From Felis catus (taxonomy: Eukaryota), in NCBI RefSeq assembly GCF_018350175.1, contig NC_058369.1, positions 152,582,001-152,646,000 on the forward strand: a stretch of 64,000 nucleotides of DNA, in the 5' to 3' direction. A model generated the notes under the pieces. That model had not been told where the DNA came from and ran no database searches. It saw only the letters and a program-made list of their open reading frames with translations. Positions 1-11,710 of this stretch are shown here, piece after piece. The stretch's first letter is position 1. The number at the start of each line of letters is the position of its first letter. The position numbers and the translations under genes are program-made.

Positions 1-1055
1 AATAATGGCAACTGTCACCACAGTTATCGAGATGTTAAAATTGATCACAAGCCAAGGTGCTTATTAGCATAATATCAGACACATGTTATCTTTCTGGCTA
101 AATGAAAAAACACACTTGAGTTCTTGCTGAGAGAAAGGTAAAACCTCCATTAAAGGTACCAAAACAGTACAGGGCCTGGCCTCCTGATCAGTCTTAGGAT
201 AAAGGATGAATGTCCCATGAAGAGTTTTGCCTACTTCAAGTCTCAGATCCCTTTGGGGCAGATTTTCATAGAATCTAGGGTCATGACCTGAATTTTAGCA
301 TAACATAACTTCAGAGCTGATAGAAATCCAGGGGAACAACTGCATTTCTTTTTTTAATATTTGAAAAAGCAGAATGCAAAGAGGTTAACACTTGGTCAAC
401 GTCATACCACAAAAAGAGAGCTCCCCCTGACACCCAAAAGAGTAGAATGTTACCATGGGGGTGCTACAAAATAAGGAGGAAGACGCTCCAGTTAGAGACC
501 TGTGTCTGTTCCTGCTGCCCCTTTTCTTTAAGGCACTAGGCCACTCTGGCCATGTGAGTGGGAATAAAACCTCAGGTGGAGAGGGGCAACTCTTGGGGGA
601 AAGTTGCAGAGTGCAAGGAAGAAAGCCACCACCACCGGTGCTGCAGCCTGGGCTCAAGTCTGACAAGTGACAGGAGGGGAAGCTCAAGCAACACTTCCCT
701 ACCTTTCTTTGGAATTCTCAAATTGGTTTATCTGTTTTATGCAACCAACGGAGAGGGTATCATAAAAAGAAAGGAAAACATGACATTTTGACATTATTGA
801 AGGTCAAGGAAATGGGTACTGGAAAGTTAAATCACTCAGAAGATAACCCAGAAAATGTGAGTGGGAGCAAGAGAGAAGGACGATGTTAGCAGTTTCCTCT
901 GCTCAGTGGTTCAGAGAGCAAACAGCTTTGCATTCCAGAAAGCCTCAAGCTAACTCTGTTGCTTCCCTTTCTGACTCTGAGATTCGGTAAATGGCATTTT
1001 TTCCTGTTCTGTGCATGTAGCAATTCTCTTGTACCCTTTTTAAAATACGAACTTT

Positions 1056-1297
1056 GGGATGCCTGGGTGGCTCAGTAGGTTAAGCATCTGACTCTTGATT
1101 TTACTCAGGTTATCATCTCACGGTAATGAGACTGAACACCCACTGGGTGTGGAAGTTGCTTACGATTCTCTCCCTTTCTCTCTGCCCCTCTCCTGCTCAG
1201 GTACACCTACACTTTGTCTCTCTCCCCCTCTCTCTCTCTCTCTCTCTCTCTCACAAAACAAATTAATTAATTAATTAAAATAAATAAAATGAAATAA
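1056..1297 (+). mobile_element. CanSINE (tRNA-derived), older subfamily
   Basis: GGGATGCCTGGGTGGCTCAG head, (CT)n, A-rich tail. Confidence 0.9.
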
Positions 1298-1320
1298 ACT
1301 TTTAAGTTTTCTCCCTTTAG

Positions 1321-1550
1321 TTTTTTAAAAAAACTATTAAATGTTTATTTATCCTTGAGAGACAGAGAGAGAGAGAAACAGAGCATTAGCATGGGAGGAG
1401 CAGAGAGAGAGGGAGACACAGAATCCCAAGCAGGCTCCAGGTTCTGAGCTGTCAGTGCAGAGCCCGACTAGGGGCTCAAACTCATGAACCATGAAATCGT
1501 GACCTGAGCCGAAGCTGGATGCTTAACGGACTGAACCACCCCGGCGCCCC
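1321..1550 (-). mobile_element. CanSINE, felid type
   Basis: Reverse head ends ...GGCGCCCC at 1550; imperfect TSD ttttctccctttag. Confidence 0.92.
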
Positions 1551-2869
1551 AATTTTTCCTCCCTTTTAGAAGTAATGCATGTTCATCAAAATCAATCCAA
1601 AAATACAGGAAGCCAATAAAATATTATCTATAATCCCGTCACTCAGAGATAATCACCCCAGGATACAGAACAACAAAAGCATCAACAACAAATATATTCA
1701 TAATTTCTTGAGTGCTTAGGCCCTTTTGGAATCCTCACAATTGGTTTGGGGTCCAGAAACCACGACCTAAAGATTACATTCTATGCAATCAGAATCGGGA
1801 CAGATTTCTGCCCCAGACATGAAGCATCATTCGGGAGGCTGCAATGGTCCAGGACTACTTTTCATCCTGAGCTTCTCAAGAAGATCTGTGTGTCAGCCAC
1901 CATCAACTGAATTCATTCTTAGGCAAAGTATGTATGATGGATCTTCTTGGCACCTTAGAGGTACCCTCACAATTTACAGAGGCGTACATGTAAATTTCTA
2001 CTTTGGCAATGTTTTTGCTACTCCCTGATAGAGTCTAGTATGTAGCAGAGTGAAGTTTATACAAAGAACCAAGGAAAAGAGAAAGGGTCTAAATAAAAAC
2101 AGGTCACATCTTATTTTCTAATTAAAGGTCCAATATTAAACAAACAAAATAAACAAACACATTATATAGTGCATTAGACAAATTCATAAAAGTGTTAAAA
2201 AAATTTTTGATGTGACCAGCTGGAAGAATAGAATTGCAGCATTTTTAGAAAAGCACTTCAAAAAATCATCTAGTTTGCTTTGCTGGCCAGCATGCAAATG
2301 TTAAACCACTTATGACCAGTTTGTGTTCTCATCAGTCATGAAGATTGAAGATTCTTGGCTCTATCCTATAATAAAATTCTTAAACTCAACCCAAAAGAGA
2401 ACCATAAAAAAAAGGCATATCAAGAATATTTCTCTTTCTCTTAGTAAAACTCCCTCTCTCCTTGGAACAAAAATCAATTTACTTTCATCCTTTACCATGA
2501 AGACTTCATTTACTGAAACCAATCTTAGAATGCTGAATCATATTCAGCTTGTAGTCAAACATGACAATTCATGCTTTTTCCATGGGTCTGTGTCCAACTC
2601 TGCCTTCCCAAAGGTAACCAGCAAAGCCACACAACTTAGCAGTGGGAAGTATCTTGTTTATGTTTAAATTGTAACTGTTGTGCAAGATGGCATATGACAC
2701 TTAACATATGTTGATTGTAGTTCAAAATACAGTGATTTCTCTGCAGATTTGTTTTGCTGAGTTTAGCTATGGTACTAAACTGCAGTGGGAGAAAAAGGGA
2801 TACAGTATCACAGCTCTCTGCAGTAGAGAACATCTGGTTCTGGGTGAAGTGAATATGCACACACGATTC

Positions 2870-3945
2870 TTTCTCCAACCCCCGCCCCCTCCCACTCCAA
2901 TGAATACAGCTATAAAATCTGGCCAGAATTCATAAAGCAGCTATTTGAGGATCTGAAAAGTAAATGATAGCAGCAGACTAAAACCTGAACTTAAAATACT
3001 ATCAAATGGTGGTAAGCTCTTCCTTCTTTTTCCCTGCAATCAACCCTGGTGTGGACTCCCAGGCAGCAGAAAGCTTGACATGAACACCAAATTGAGGTAG
3101 AGCAAGCCCCAGGAGAGCCCTTGAGTTCTGGCTTAAGGCAAAGGGACTCTGAATACACAGAGAAACTCAGGGACATTTACCCTTCACCATTTTCCTACAC
3201 ACCAGCATTCACACTGGCAGTGGCATCGACAAAAGCCTTCAGGTGCTTAAAATTGTAATGGAAGAGAGCTGTCCTCTCTGATAAAAGGAGCAATGATCCC
3301 AAGAGCATGGGATAAACCAATAGCTTGTATTCCCTCCCTTTCTGCCATAGCATTGCTTGGTCCTGCACGTTAACACAGTTGCAGGAGGTATGCAATAGAG
3401 CAAGGTAGCTAAAACTTTAGCTTTCTGGCTGAAAGACCCAAATGAGGAGCTCTAGAGAAGAGGAAAGTACCAGGATGACAAAGGAGAAGGAGGGCTCAGG
3501 AAAACAGCTCCATAAAGATGTTCATGAACTCTCAGGTTCATCTCTAGGCTGCCAATGGGTGAATCTGGCCGTCAGCATCTATACCAAAGACTTTAGGAAT
3601 TAAACTACACAACAGATCCTATAACCAAGGTCCCATAGTGGCAACTTGGTGGTACATACACCCCAGACAGATATAAACAGCACTGCAACGGCTTCGAAAA
3701 CAGAATTAACATTGTAGCCACAACTCTCAGAAGGTGGGTCAGACTTTGTAGCCTGAACTCAACTGGGTCAATTGATTACTTAAATAATTAAGCTTCTTCT
3801 TTAAAGAATTGGGGGGGGGGCGGGGAGAAGAGAGCAAAATGGACCCAAAGTAAACAGAAAAAGAAAATAATATAGGGACATAAATCAATGAAAATGCAAA
3901 TAGAAAAACAAGGGTGAAAAATCAACAAAAACAAAAGCTGATTTT
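2870..3945 (+). mobile_element. Ancient L1 (L1M-type) 5' region plus an ORF2 fragment
   Basis: Degenerate motifs resembling eutherian L1 5' ends, and an ORF2-like A-rich stretch at 3825-3945 that continues at about 5555. Subfamily uncertain. Confidence 0.55.
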
Positions 3946-3950
3946 TAAAA

Positions 3951-4141
3951 AATGTTTTATCTTTGAGAGAAAGAGAGAGCACATGCACGAGTCGGGGAGG
4001 GACAGAAAGGGGGATGTAGGGTTGGAAGCTAGCTCTGCGCTGACAGCAGTAAGCCTGGTATGGGGCTCAAACTCACAAGATATGAGATCATGACCTGCAC
4101 CAAAGTCGGATGCTCAACCGACTGAGCCACCCAGGTGCCCC
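3951..4141 (-). mobile_element. CanSINE inserted into the ancient L1
   Basis: Reverse head GAGCCACCCAGGTGCCCC ends at 4141. Confidence 0.9.
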
Positions 4142-5553
4142 AAAAGCTGTAATCATCAGGACAGCATGGTATTGGCACAAAAACAGACACATAGACCAAT
4201 GGAATAGAATAGGGACTCCAGAAGTGGACCCACAAAAGTATGGCCAACTAATCTTTCACAAAGTAGGAAAGAGTATCCAATGGAAAAAAGACGGTCTGTT
4301 TAACTAATGGTGCTGGGAGAACTGGACAGCAACATGCAGAAGAATGAAACTAGACCACTTTCTTACACCATTCACAAAAATAAACTCAAAATGGATAAAG
4401 GACCTGAATGTGAGACAGGAAATCATCAAAACCCTAGAGGAGAAAGCAAGGAAAAACCTCTCTGACCTCAGCCGCAGCAATTTCTTACTGGACACACCTC
4501 CAGAGGCAAGGGAATTAAAAGCAAAATGAACTATTGGAANNNNNNNNNNNNNNNNNNNNNNNNNNNNNNNNNNNNNNNNNNNNNNNNNNNNNNNNNNNNN
4601 NNNNNNNNNNNNNNNNNNNNNNNNNNNNNNNNNNNNNNNNNNNNNNNNNNNNNNNNNNNNNNNNNNNNNNNNNNNNNNAAACTCCACACCCGAAAAACAA
4701 ATAACCCAGTGAAGAAACGGGCAGAAAACATGAATAGACACTTCTAAAGAAGATATCCTGATAGCCAACAGGCACATGAAAAGATGCTCAACGTCACTCC
4801 TCATCAGGGAAATACAAATCAAAACCACACTCAGATATCACCTCACGCCGGTCTAAGTAGCTAAAATGAACAAATCAGGAGGCTATAGATGCTGGAGAGG
4901 ATGTGGAGAAATGGGAACCCTCTTGCACTGTTGGTGGGAATGCAAACTGGTGCAGCCATGCTGGAAAAGAGTGTGGAGGTTCCTCAAAAAATTAAAAATA
5001 GATCTACCTATGACCCAGCAATAGCACTGCTAGGAATTTACTGAAGGGATACAGGAGTGCTGATGCACAGGGGCACTTGTACCCCAATGTTATAGCAGCA
5101 CTTTCAACAATAGCCAGATTATGGAAAGAGCCTAAATGTCCATCAACTGATGAATGGATAAAGAAACTGCCATTTATATACAAAATGGAATACTACTTGG
5201 CAATGAGAAAGAATAAAATATGGCCTTTTGTAGCAACATGGATGGAACTGGAGAGTGTTATGCTAAGTGAAATAAGTCATACAGAGAAAAACAGATACCA
5301 TATGTTTTCACTCTTATGTGGATCCTGAGAAATTTAACAGAAGACCATGGGGGAGGGGAAGGGAAAAAAAAGTTAGAGAGGGAGGGAGCCAAACTATAAG
5401 AGACTCTTAAAAACTGAGAATAAACTGAGGGTTGTTGGGGAGGTGGGAGGGAGGGGAAAGTGGGTGATGGGCATTGAGGAGGGCACCTATTGGGATGAGC
5501 ACTGGGTGTTGTATGGAAACCAATTTGACAATAAATTTCATATTTTTTAAAAA
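4142..5553 (+). mobile_element. Young, 5'-truncated felid L1 (ORF2 C-terminus and 3'UTR), disrupted, containing an N-gap
   Basis: Peptides [39 protein letters not shown] and LWKEPKCPSTDEWIKK...YHMFSLLCGS*; G-rich 3'UTR and AATAAA. Confidence 0.95.
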
Positions 5554-7955
5554 ATGGATCCTTTACTAAGAATGTCAAGGGGAAAAGATACAAATTACTA
5601 ATTCCACGAATAAAAGGGAAATATCAATGCAGATCCCAAAGACATTAAAAGCATAAATACTACCAATAATTCTATATATCTTAACACCTGGAATGAAATG
5701 GATAACTCCTGAAAAACTTCAATAAACTAAAAAAAAAAAACAAACAAAACAAATAAAAAATCCACTAAAACTCACCTACGATGAAATAGATAACCCAAGT
5801 ACTCTTATAAGTCCTAGAGTAATTGAACTTACCGTTAAAAAGGGTAAAAAGAAATCATGAGGACTAGATGGTTTCTTGGAAAATTCTAACATACATGTAG
5901 AGGATAAATAATTCCAATTCTCTCTAATCTTTCCCAGATGTCTTAATAAATATACTTTAACAAATAAATCTACAACAAAGAATCATACTTTATGGTGAAA
6001 AAAAGGAATGATTTCCCCTCATATAAGAAGCAAAGCAAGGATATCGACTCTAACTATTCATATTCAGTATCATACTAGCAATAATAGCTAGTGCTATTTA
6101 TTTATTATTATATTTTTATTTATTATATTATTATATTTATTGTAAATAAATAAATAAATGGCATATGGATTGGGACAAAACCACTCCTATTCACAGATGA
6201 CAAGAATGACTATGCAGAAAAACCCAAGGGTGCAATCTAATTCCTTGTAATAAAAAGTGATTTTAGTAAGGCCACAGGATACAAGGACAATACATGAAAA
6301 TCCAATGTAGTTTCACATACTAGCAATCGTCATTGAAAACTAACACATATCTAACACAGGCACATATGCAACAAAATATATACAAGATCTGTATGTTGAA
6401 AACTATAAAACAATGATGCACAAAATAAATAAATGGAGAGACATACAGTATTCATGGATTGGAAGTCTCATCCTGGTAAAGATGTCTATATCCCCAAATT
6501 GATCTATAGATTCAACACAAGAGGTAAGTTTATTCTAAAATTTATATGGAAAGGTAAAGAAACTTGAATAGCCAAGACAACTTTTAAAATAAAAAATAAA
6601 GTGAAAAAATAGCACAACTTGATTTTAAGATTTAACATAAAGATACAATAATCAAAAGAACATGGCATTGACAAAGGCACAAATATATAAATCAATGGAA
6701 CAGAACAGAGTACAGAAATCGATATCTATCCATCCATATATATCCATACCCCCCATATATACATCCAGTTGATTTTTGATAAAGATGTAAAGGAAATTCA
6801 ATGAAAAAAAAATAGTCTTTTCAACAGATGATGCTGGACCCACTGAATGTTTATATGTAAAAACAAAATAAAACACTAACCTAAACCTCACATCTTATAC
6901 AAAAATTAACTCAAATCATAGAACTGAATGCAAAACATAAAACTACAAAACTTCTAGAAGAAAGCAAAGGAGAAAATGTTTATGACCTAGGATTGAACCA
7001 AGAGTTCTTGAACATAATACCAAAAATACACACATATGAAGAAAACTTTGAGAATTTGGACTCTGTAAAGAAAATGAAAAGACAAGACATGTGCCAAGAG
7101 AAAACATTTGCAAAGTACATCTGTAACAAAGGACTTGGATCCAGAATATGTGGCAAAATCCCAAAAGTCAAAGGAAAAAAACAACTGGGCCCAATTTAAA
7201 AACAGGCAAAGGACTTGAGCAGATGTGTCATCAAAGAGTATAAGATAGATGGCAAATAATGAAAAGACACTCGTGACTAAATGATTAAAATTTTAAAGTG
7301 CTGGCCATACCAAATGCTGGCAGGGATGGAGACAAACTGGAACTCTCTCTCTCATACACTGCTGGTAGAAATGCAAGATCTGTACTCTAGAAAATAATTT
7401 GCCAGTTTCTCATGAAGTTAAACATACACTTACCATATGACCCAGGAATTCCCTTCCTAGGTGTTTAACCTAGAGAAATGAAAATTTATGTTTACACAAA
7501 ACTTGCTCATCAATGATTAGAGCAGCTTTATTCACAATTGCCTAAAACTGAAAATGACCCAGATGTCCTTCAACAAGTCGATGGGTAAATAAATGGAAAC
7601 ATCCATACAACAGAATACTGCTCAGCAATAAAAAGGAACACATGATTCATATACGCAAAAATGTTGATAAATCTCAAAGATGTTATGTCGAAATAAGCCA
7701 ATTGCAAAGGGTTACATACTGTATGATCCCATTTATGTGGTATCTCAAAAATACAAAACTATAGTGATTAGTGGTTGCCAGAGGTTGAGATGGGAGATGC
7801 GAGGATTAGACAGATTTCTTGGGTGGTGGAATGGTTCTGTATCCTGATTAGGGTGTTGGCTATATGAATCTGTATCTGTCTTAAAACTCCCAACTGTATA
7901 CCAAAAAAGTCTATTTCAGTGTACATTGATTTTAAACACTAAAAAATAAAAACAA
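5554..7955 (+). mobile_element. Ancient L1 (L1MB/MC/MD-like) ORF2 remnants and 3'UTR
   Basis: Degenerate ORF2 landmarks (ctattcacagatgac, aaattaactcaaa, catatgacccag, tactcagcaataaaaagg) and an A-rich end. Confidence 0.85.
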
Positions 7956-8516
7956 ATGTAATCAATACTCAGGTATTCACATGGAAATACAACCAGAATC
8001 TGTACTTGAATACTTGTCACGTGGCATTGTAATTGTACTGTAAGCAACAAACTAGGTCTATCCCTGGCATGTCCATTTCTCTAGGACAGAAACCCTAGCT
8101 TTATAATCTCTGTATCTCCAGTATAAAGAGAACTCCTGGTATTGAAAGAAAGCACTCAATATTTTTTGAAAGATGAAAGGTTGACTAAATCAGGCATAAA
8201 TGGTTTACATTATTTCATTTTGGTGGAGAAGAACAAGTATAAAATGGAATTTAATAAGAAGTCACTAAAGGATTAAAGCTTTAGAAAGACATTTTACAAT
8301 TACACACCTTTGTGTTATTTTTGGCATTAACTGAACAGAAGCTAGTAGTTGGAACATTTAGCATGAATATTCATGATTTCAGTGTGCATATGTGCCCTTC
8401 AGTGAGAACTTTACTATGAAGTCAACTACAAAGAATTTTTTCAATTGAGGTATTGCCCTAATAATTCATTAAGCTACATGCACAATATGTGCAGTGAAGT
8501 ATTCTATTTGCTTTGG

Positions 8517-8724
8517 TTTTTAAAAAATGTTTAATGTTTGTTTTTGAAAGAGAGAGATAGAGCACAAGCAGGGGAGGGGCAGAGAGAGAGGGAGACACAG
8601 AATTGGAAGCAGGCTCCAGGCTCAGAGCTGTCAGTATAGAGCCCAACATGGGCCCAAACCCATAGACCATGAGATCATGACCTGAGCCGAAGTCGGACGC
8701 CCAACTGAGTCACCCAGGTGCCCC
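8517..8724 (-). mobile_element. CanSINE
   Basis: Reverse-complement CanSINE body and head. Confidence 0.92.
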
Positions 8725-9042
8725 AGTATGTCTTAATTCTTAATAATCCATGCATTACACTGTCACCACCATGANNNNNNNNNNNNNNNNNNNNNNNNNN
8801 NNNNNNNNNNNNNNNNNNNNNNNNNNNNNNNNNNNNNNNNNNNNNNNNNNNNNNNNNNNNNNNNNNNNNNNNNNNNNNNNNNNNNNNNNNNNNNNNNNNN
8901 NNNNNNNAGAGAGAAAGAAAGATCATGCAAGTTGCTTTAGGAAACCAACATTTCCTACAGGAACAGTAGAAAGAGAGGCTTCTCCCCAGAAGGGATCATC
9001 TACAGAAGAGTTTTTCTCTGCAATAAATGGCTGACCAAGAGT

Positions 9043-9043
<1 letters not shown>

Positions 9044-9076
<33 letters not shown>
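9044..9076 (+). repeat. Poly(A)33
   Basis: Uninterrupted A run. Confidence 0.9.
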
Positions 9077-9078
<2 letters not shown>

Positions 9079-10364
9079 CAAGCTGAGAGTTCAAGATACT
9101 GGGATCCTGACTTTCATGAGGACCAAAGCAACATTAATGTGATTATTAAACACTGCTGAAGATACATAAGAATGGGTCAAAACTGTTAACCACTGCCATA
9201 ATATATAAAGGCACAATACTTATTGTTGTTCTTGGTTTTTTCTCCCAAGCTCCTTGACAGTGTTTTTTTACATGTCCTTTAAAATGTTCTATTTTAATAA
9301 ATTTTTATTACAGAAATATTTCAGAGACACATAAATCTAACATCTATAATACATAATATTTGATATATCATATATAGATATAAAATATTTTAGAGCCATG
9401 TTCAAGTTTTAAAGTGGCCACACATAGGCACTCTGCCTGATATACCCAATCAAAACAGGACAGTTTACCTTACTGTAGTAGTGTATGCACCTACAATAAG
9501 AAAAAAAGAGCCCCATTTAAATTATATAACTAAAACTTAAAACACGACCCAAACTTAAACTGTAATAGAAATGTGACTAATTCTACACGCACCTCTATTG
9601 TCGACATTCTTGATTCTTTGAACACTATCAACAGAGTCACTGAAAATAACCACTGAACCCCATTCCTTAGACTCCAATTTACTGAAGAAGCCTTTTGTAG
9701 GAATATAGGCTATACCCCAGAATAAGCTCCAAATTGAAAATTAGAAGTTATTTTCCTCTTTCTCTGACCACTCAATTTTATCTTGCATGAAGGCAATGTT
9801 CTACTGTGCCCACCATTAGATTCCAAGCACAAAACAGTGGACAGAGAGCAAGTATAAAGTAATGCTTTTGAAAAAAATGTATTGTAATAAGTGAATAAAT
9901 AAATGTGTATCTATAAGATTAGGACTGAAGGTAAAATTACATGATTGAACTTTAGGAATCACTTTGGCATATCCCTAGACGTTAGATATTGTACAGTTCA
10001 ACATAGACATAAATTCTTTCATTCATTCTGCCAACTGACAACTCTGTTTGGTTTCAGAATACTTTGTGTTAAGATCTGTGATCAGGGCTGGGGACACGAA
10101 AATTCAAAAAGGATATGGTCAATGATCTCAAGTAGCCTAAGCCTAGTGTGAGACATATGCACACACATATAGAGCCAACATAATTAGTACCAGCCTGTTA
10201 CACCTTGAGAGCGGTAATGAGTATATCAACAGTGAGGTCCAATGAGAAGGTAACTAATTCAACAAGAAGCCACAGAGAATTCTTTGAAGAACCAATGATT
10301 CGACTAGGGCTTAAGAAATACATAGGATCCTCATAGAGGAAAGGCGGCAAATTATAAATTGTCG

Positions 10365-10590
10365 GAGGTTTGATCTTTGAAGCCAGACCATCTGAGTTTG
10401 CAACCCAGTCTACCACTTGTTAGCTGTGTGACCTTAAGCAAGTTACTTAACCTCTTTGTGCATCAGCTTCCTCACTACAATACCACAGGTGGCAGAGGGC
10501 TGTGGGGGGGGGGGGGGGGGTAATTAGTTAAGTAGTTAATGTAAAGCGCCTGTAACAGTACCTGAACCTTAACAGAAGCTATGTATGTGT
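10365..10590 (+). mobile_element. MIR containing a G17 run (10504-10520)
   Basis: MIR core gctgtgtgaccttaagcaagttacttaacctct. Confidence 0.8.
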
Positions 10591-11109
10591 ACGATAAATG
10601 AAAAGAAAGGGCAACAACATAAAAAAGAAGTCCCGAAGTGCTAAAAACAATTTTTGTCCCCAGAAAAAAATAAAAGCATAGAATACGTTAAGTATGAATT
10701 ACTAACTATGGATAAAGTGTGTTTCGCTAACTCAGTGACAGTTTGGGGCCGTTGATCTTTTACTTCAACCATGGATCCTCAACCCAAATAAGGCCCAGAT
10801 GCCTGCATGAACTCAAAACTCCACACAAAATTTTAGGGGTCCATTCACAAATTAAGGTCGGCAGGCACACCTTCAACATCATCTTCAACATCATCCCTGA
10901 GCTATAGATAACAGAATGATCTGCTGCTCTCACAGACTTTCCATCAAAAATCATGCTTAGGATGGAACTTTCTACAACCTCATGCAATTTTGGCCCTAAC
11001 TTTTCTCATCAAAAATTTAAACCTGAACCCTTAGAGGACTGAGACAAATAGAACACAAAGAACTAGACAGCTCCGTCTCAAATCACAAAGGGGTAATGAA
11101 GACAATTAG

Positions 11110-11710
11110 GGTTGGCGGGTCCTTGTCTGAGTAGCAGACCTGTGAGGGAAAAGGAGGCAGGTCGTCTAACCCTGAGGAGGTGATGAGGGTGCTCGACAAG
11201 GTGTAGAAACAGACCGGCTTTGTACTCACGTGGTGAAGGAGCCAGGGGGAGCAGATACTCTCCGCAGGTCGGCAGCTGGCACCTGATGGATACTAGAGGC
11301 AGCAGGGAATGAGCAGCGAAGACAGTCAGCACAACAGCGTGGACAGACAGGGAACAAGCCAGGAGAGAGAAAGAGAGACACACAAAATTTAAACAAAAAT
11401 TAAATGAGCGCGTCACCAAACAGTGAGTGAAAAGAAAAGGGAAATCCAGCCAGCCACGGACATAATCCAAAAAGCCGGTGATAGCAACGAAGCCAACAGG
11501 ACACAGGGCAAGGGCTGGCTCTACGGCAAGCCACAGACTGGAGCGAAGGGCAGGGCGCGGGCAGATGCAACCGAAGCGTGGACACTGGGCGGGGCTGCGG
11601 GCAGGAGGCATCGTGGTCCTCTCTCGCTCTAGGTCATTCGAGATATCCAACGAGAGGATGCGCGCATGTGCACAAGTACACACACACACACTCACACACA
11701 CACTCACTAG
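11110..11710. promoter_or_regulatory. Small intronic CpG-rich patch with a GC-box, an NRF1-like site and (CA)n
   Basis: About 28 CpGs counted by hand in 11110-11665, in an otherwise CpG-poor intron and not within a recognisable repeat. GGGCGGGG at 11587-11594; CGCGCATGTGCA at 11661-11672. Confidence 0.55.
11230..11292 (-). CDS. DGKI: Putative alternatively spliced DGKI cassette exon, 63 nt, (D)IHQVPAADLRRVSAPPGSFT(T)
   Basis: Acceptor gcctctag|T, donor AC|gtgagt. Phase 2 to 2 and open in frame after the exon ending GA at 16810. Resembles a 21-aa insert I recall from some mammalian DGKI isoforms (not verified). Confidence 0.8.

Noticed and set aside
4110-5328. L1 ORF2-like peptides as an active element or gene
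   Set aside because: The element is 5'-truncated with stops and frameshifts, and has no ORF1 or endonuclease/RT core.
9044-9076. Poly(A)33 as the tail of a processed pseudogene
   Set aside because: An AATAAA lies about 20 nt upstream, but there is no recognisable mRNA-derived sequence or clear TSD, and the upstream context is cut by an N-gap.
10504-10520. G17 run as a functional G-quadruplex
   Set aside because: It is a homopolymer expansion inside a MIR, its length is unreliable in short-read assemblies, and there is no supporting context.
1-11229. Search for the next constitutive DGKI exon (PQSVPDRLRIRV..., recalled)
   Set aside because: Not found. It probably lies below coordinate 1, so I do not claim exon loss.
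11078-11707. 209-aa minus-strand ORF, the longest in the track
   Set aside because: It starts in a (TG)n repeat, has low-complexity composition and is in a different frame from the cassette exon. It is explained by GC richness and by the AG-free zone suppressing TAG stops.
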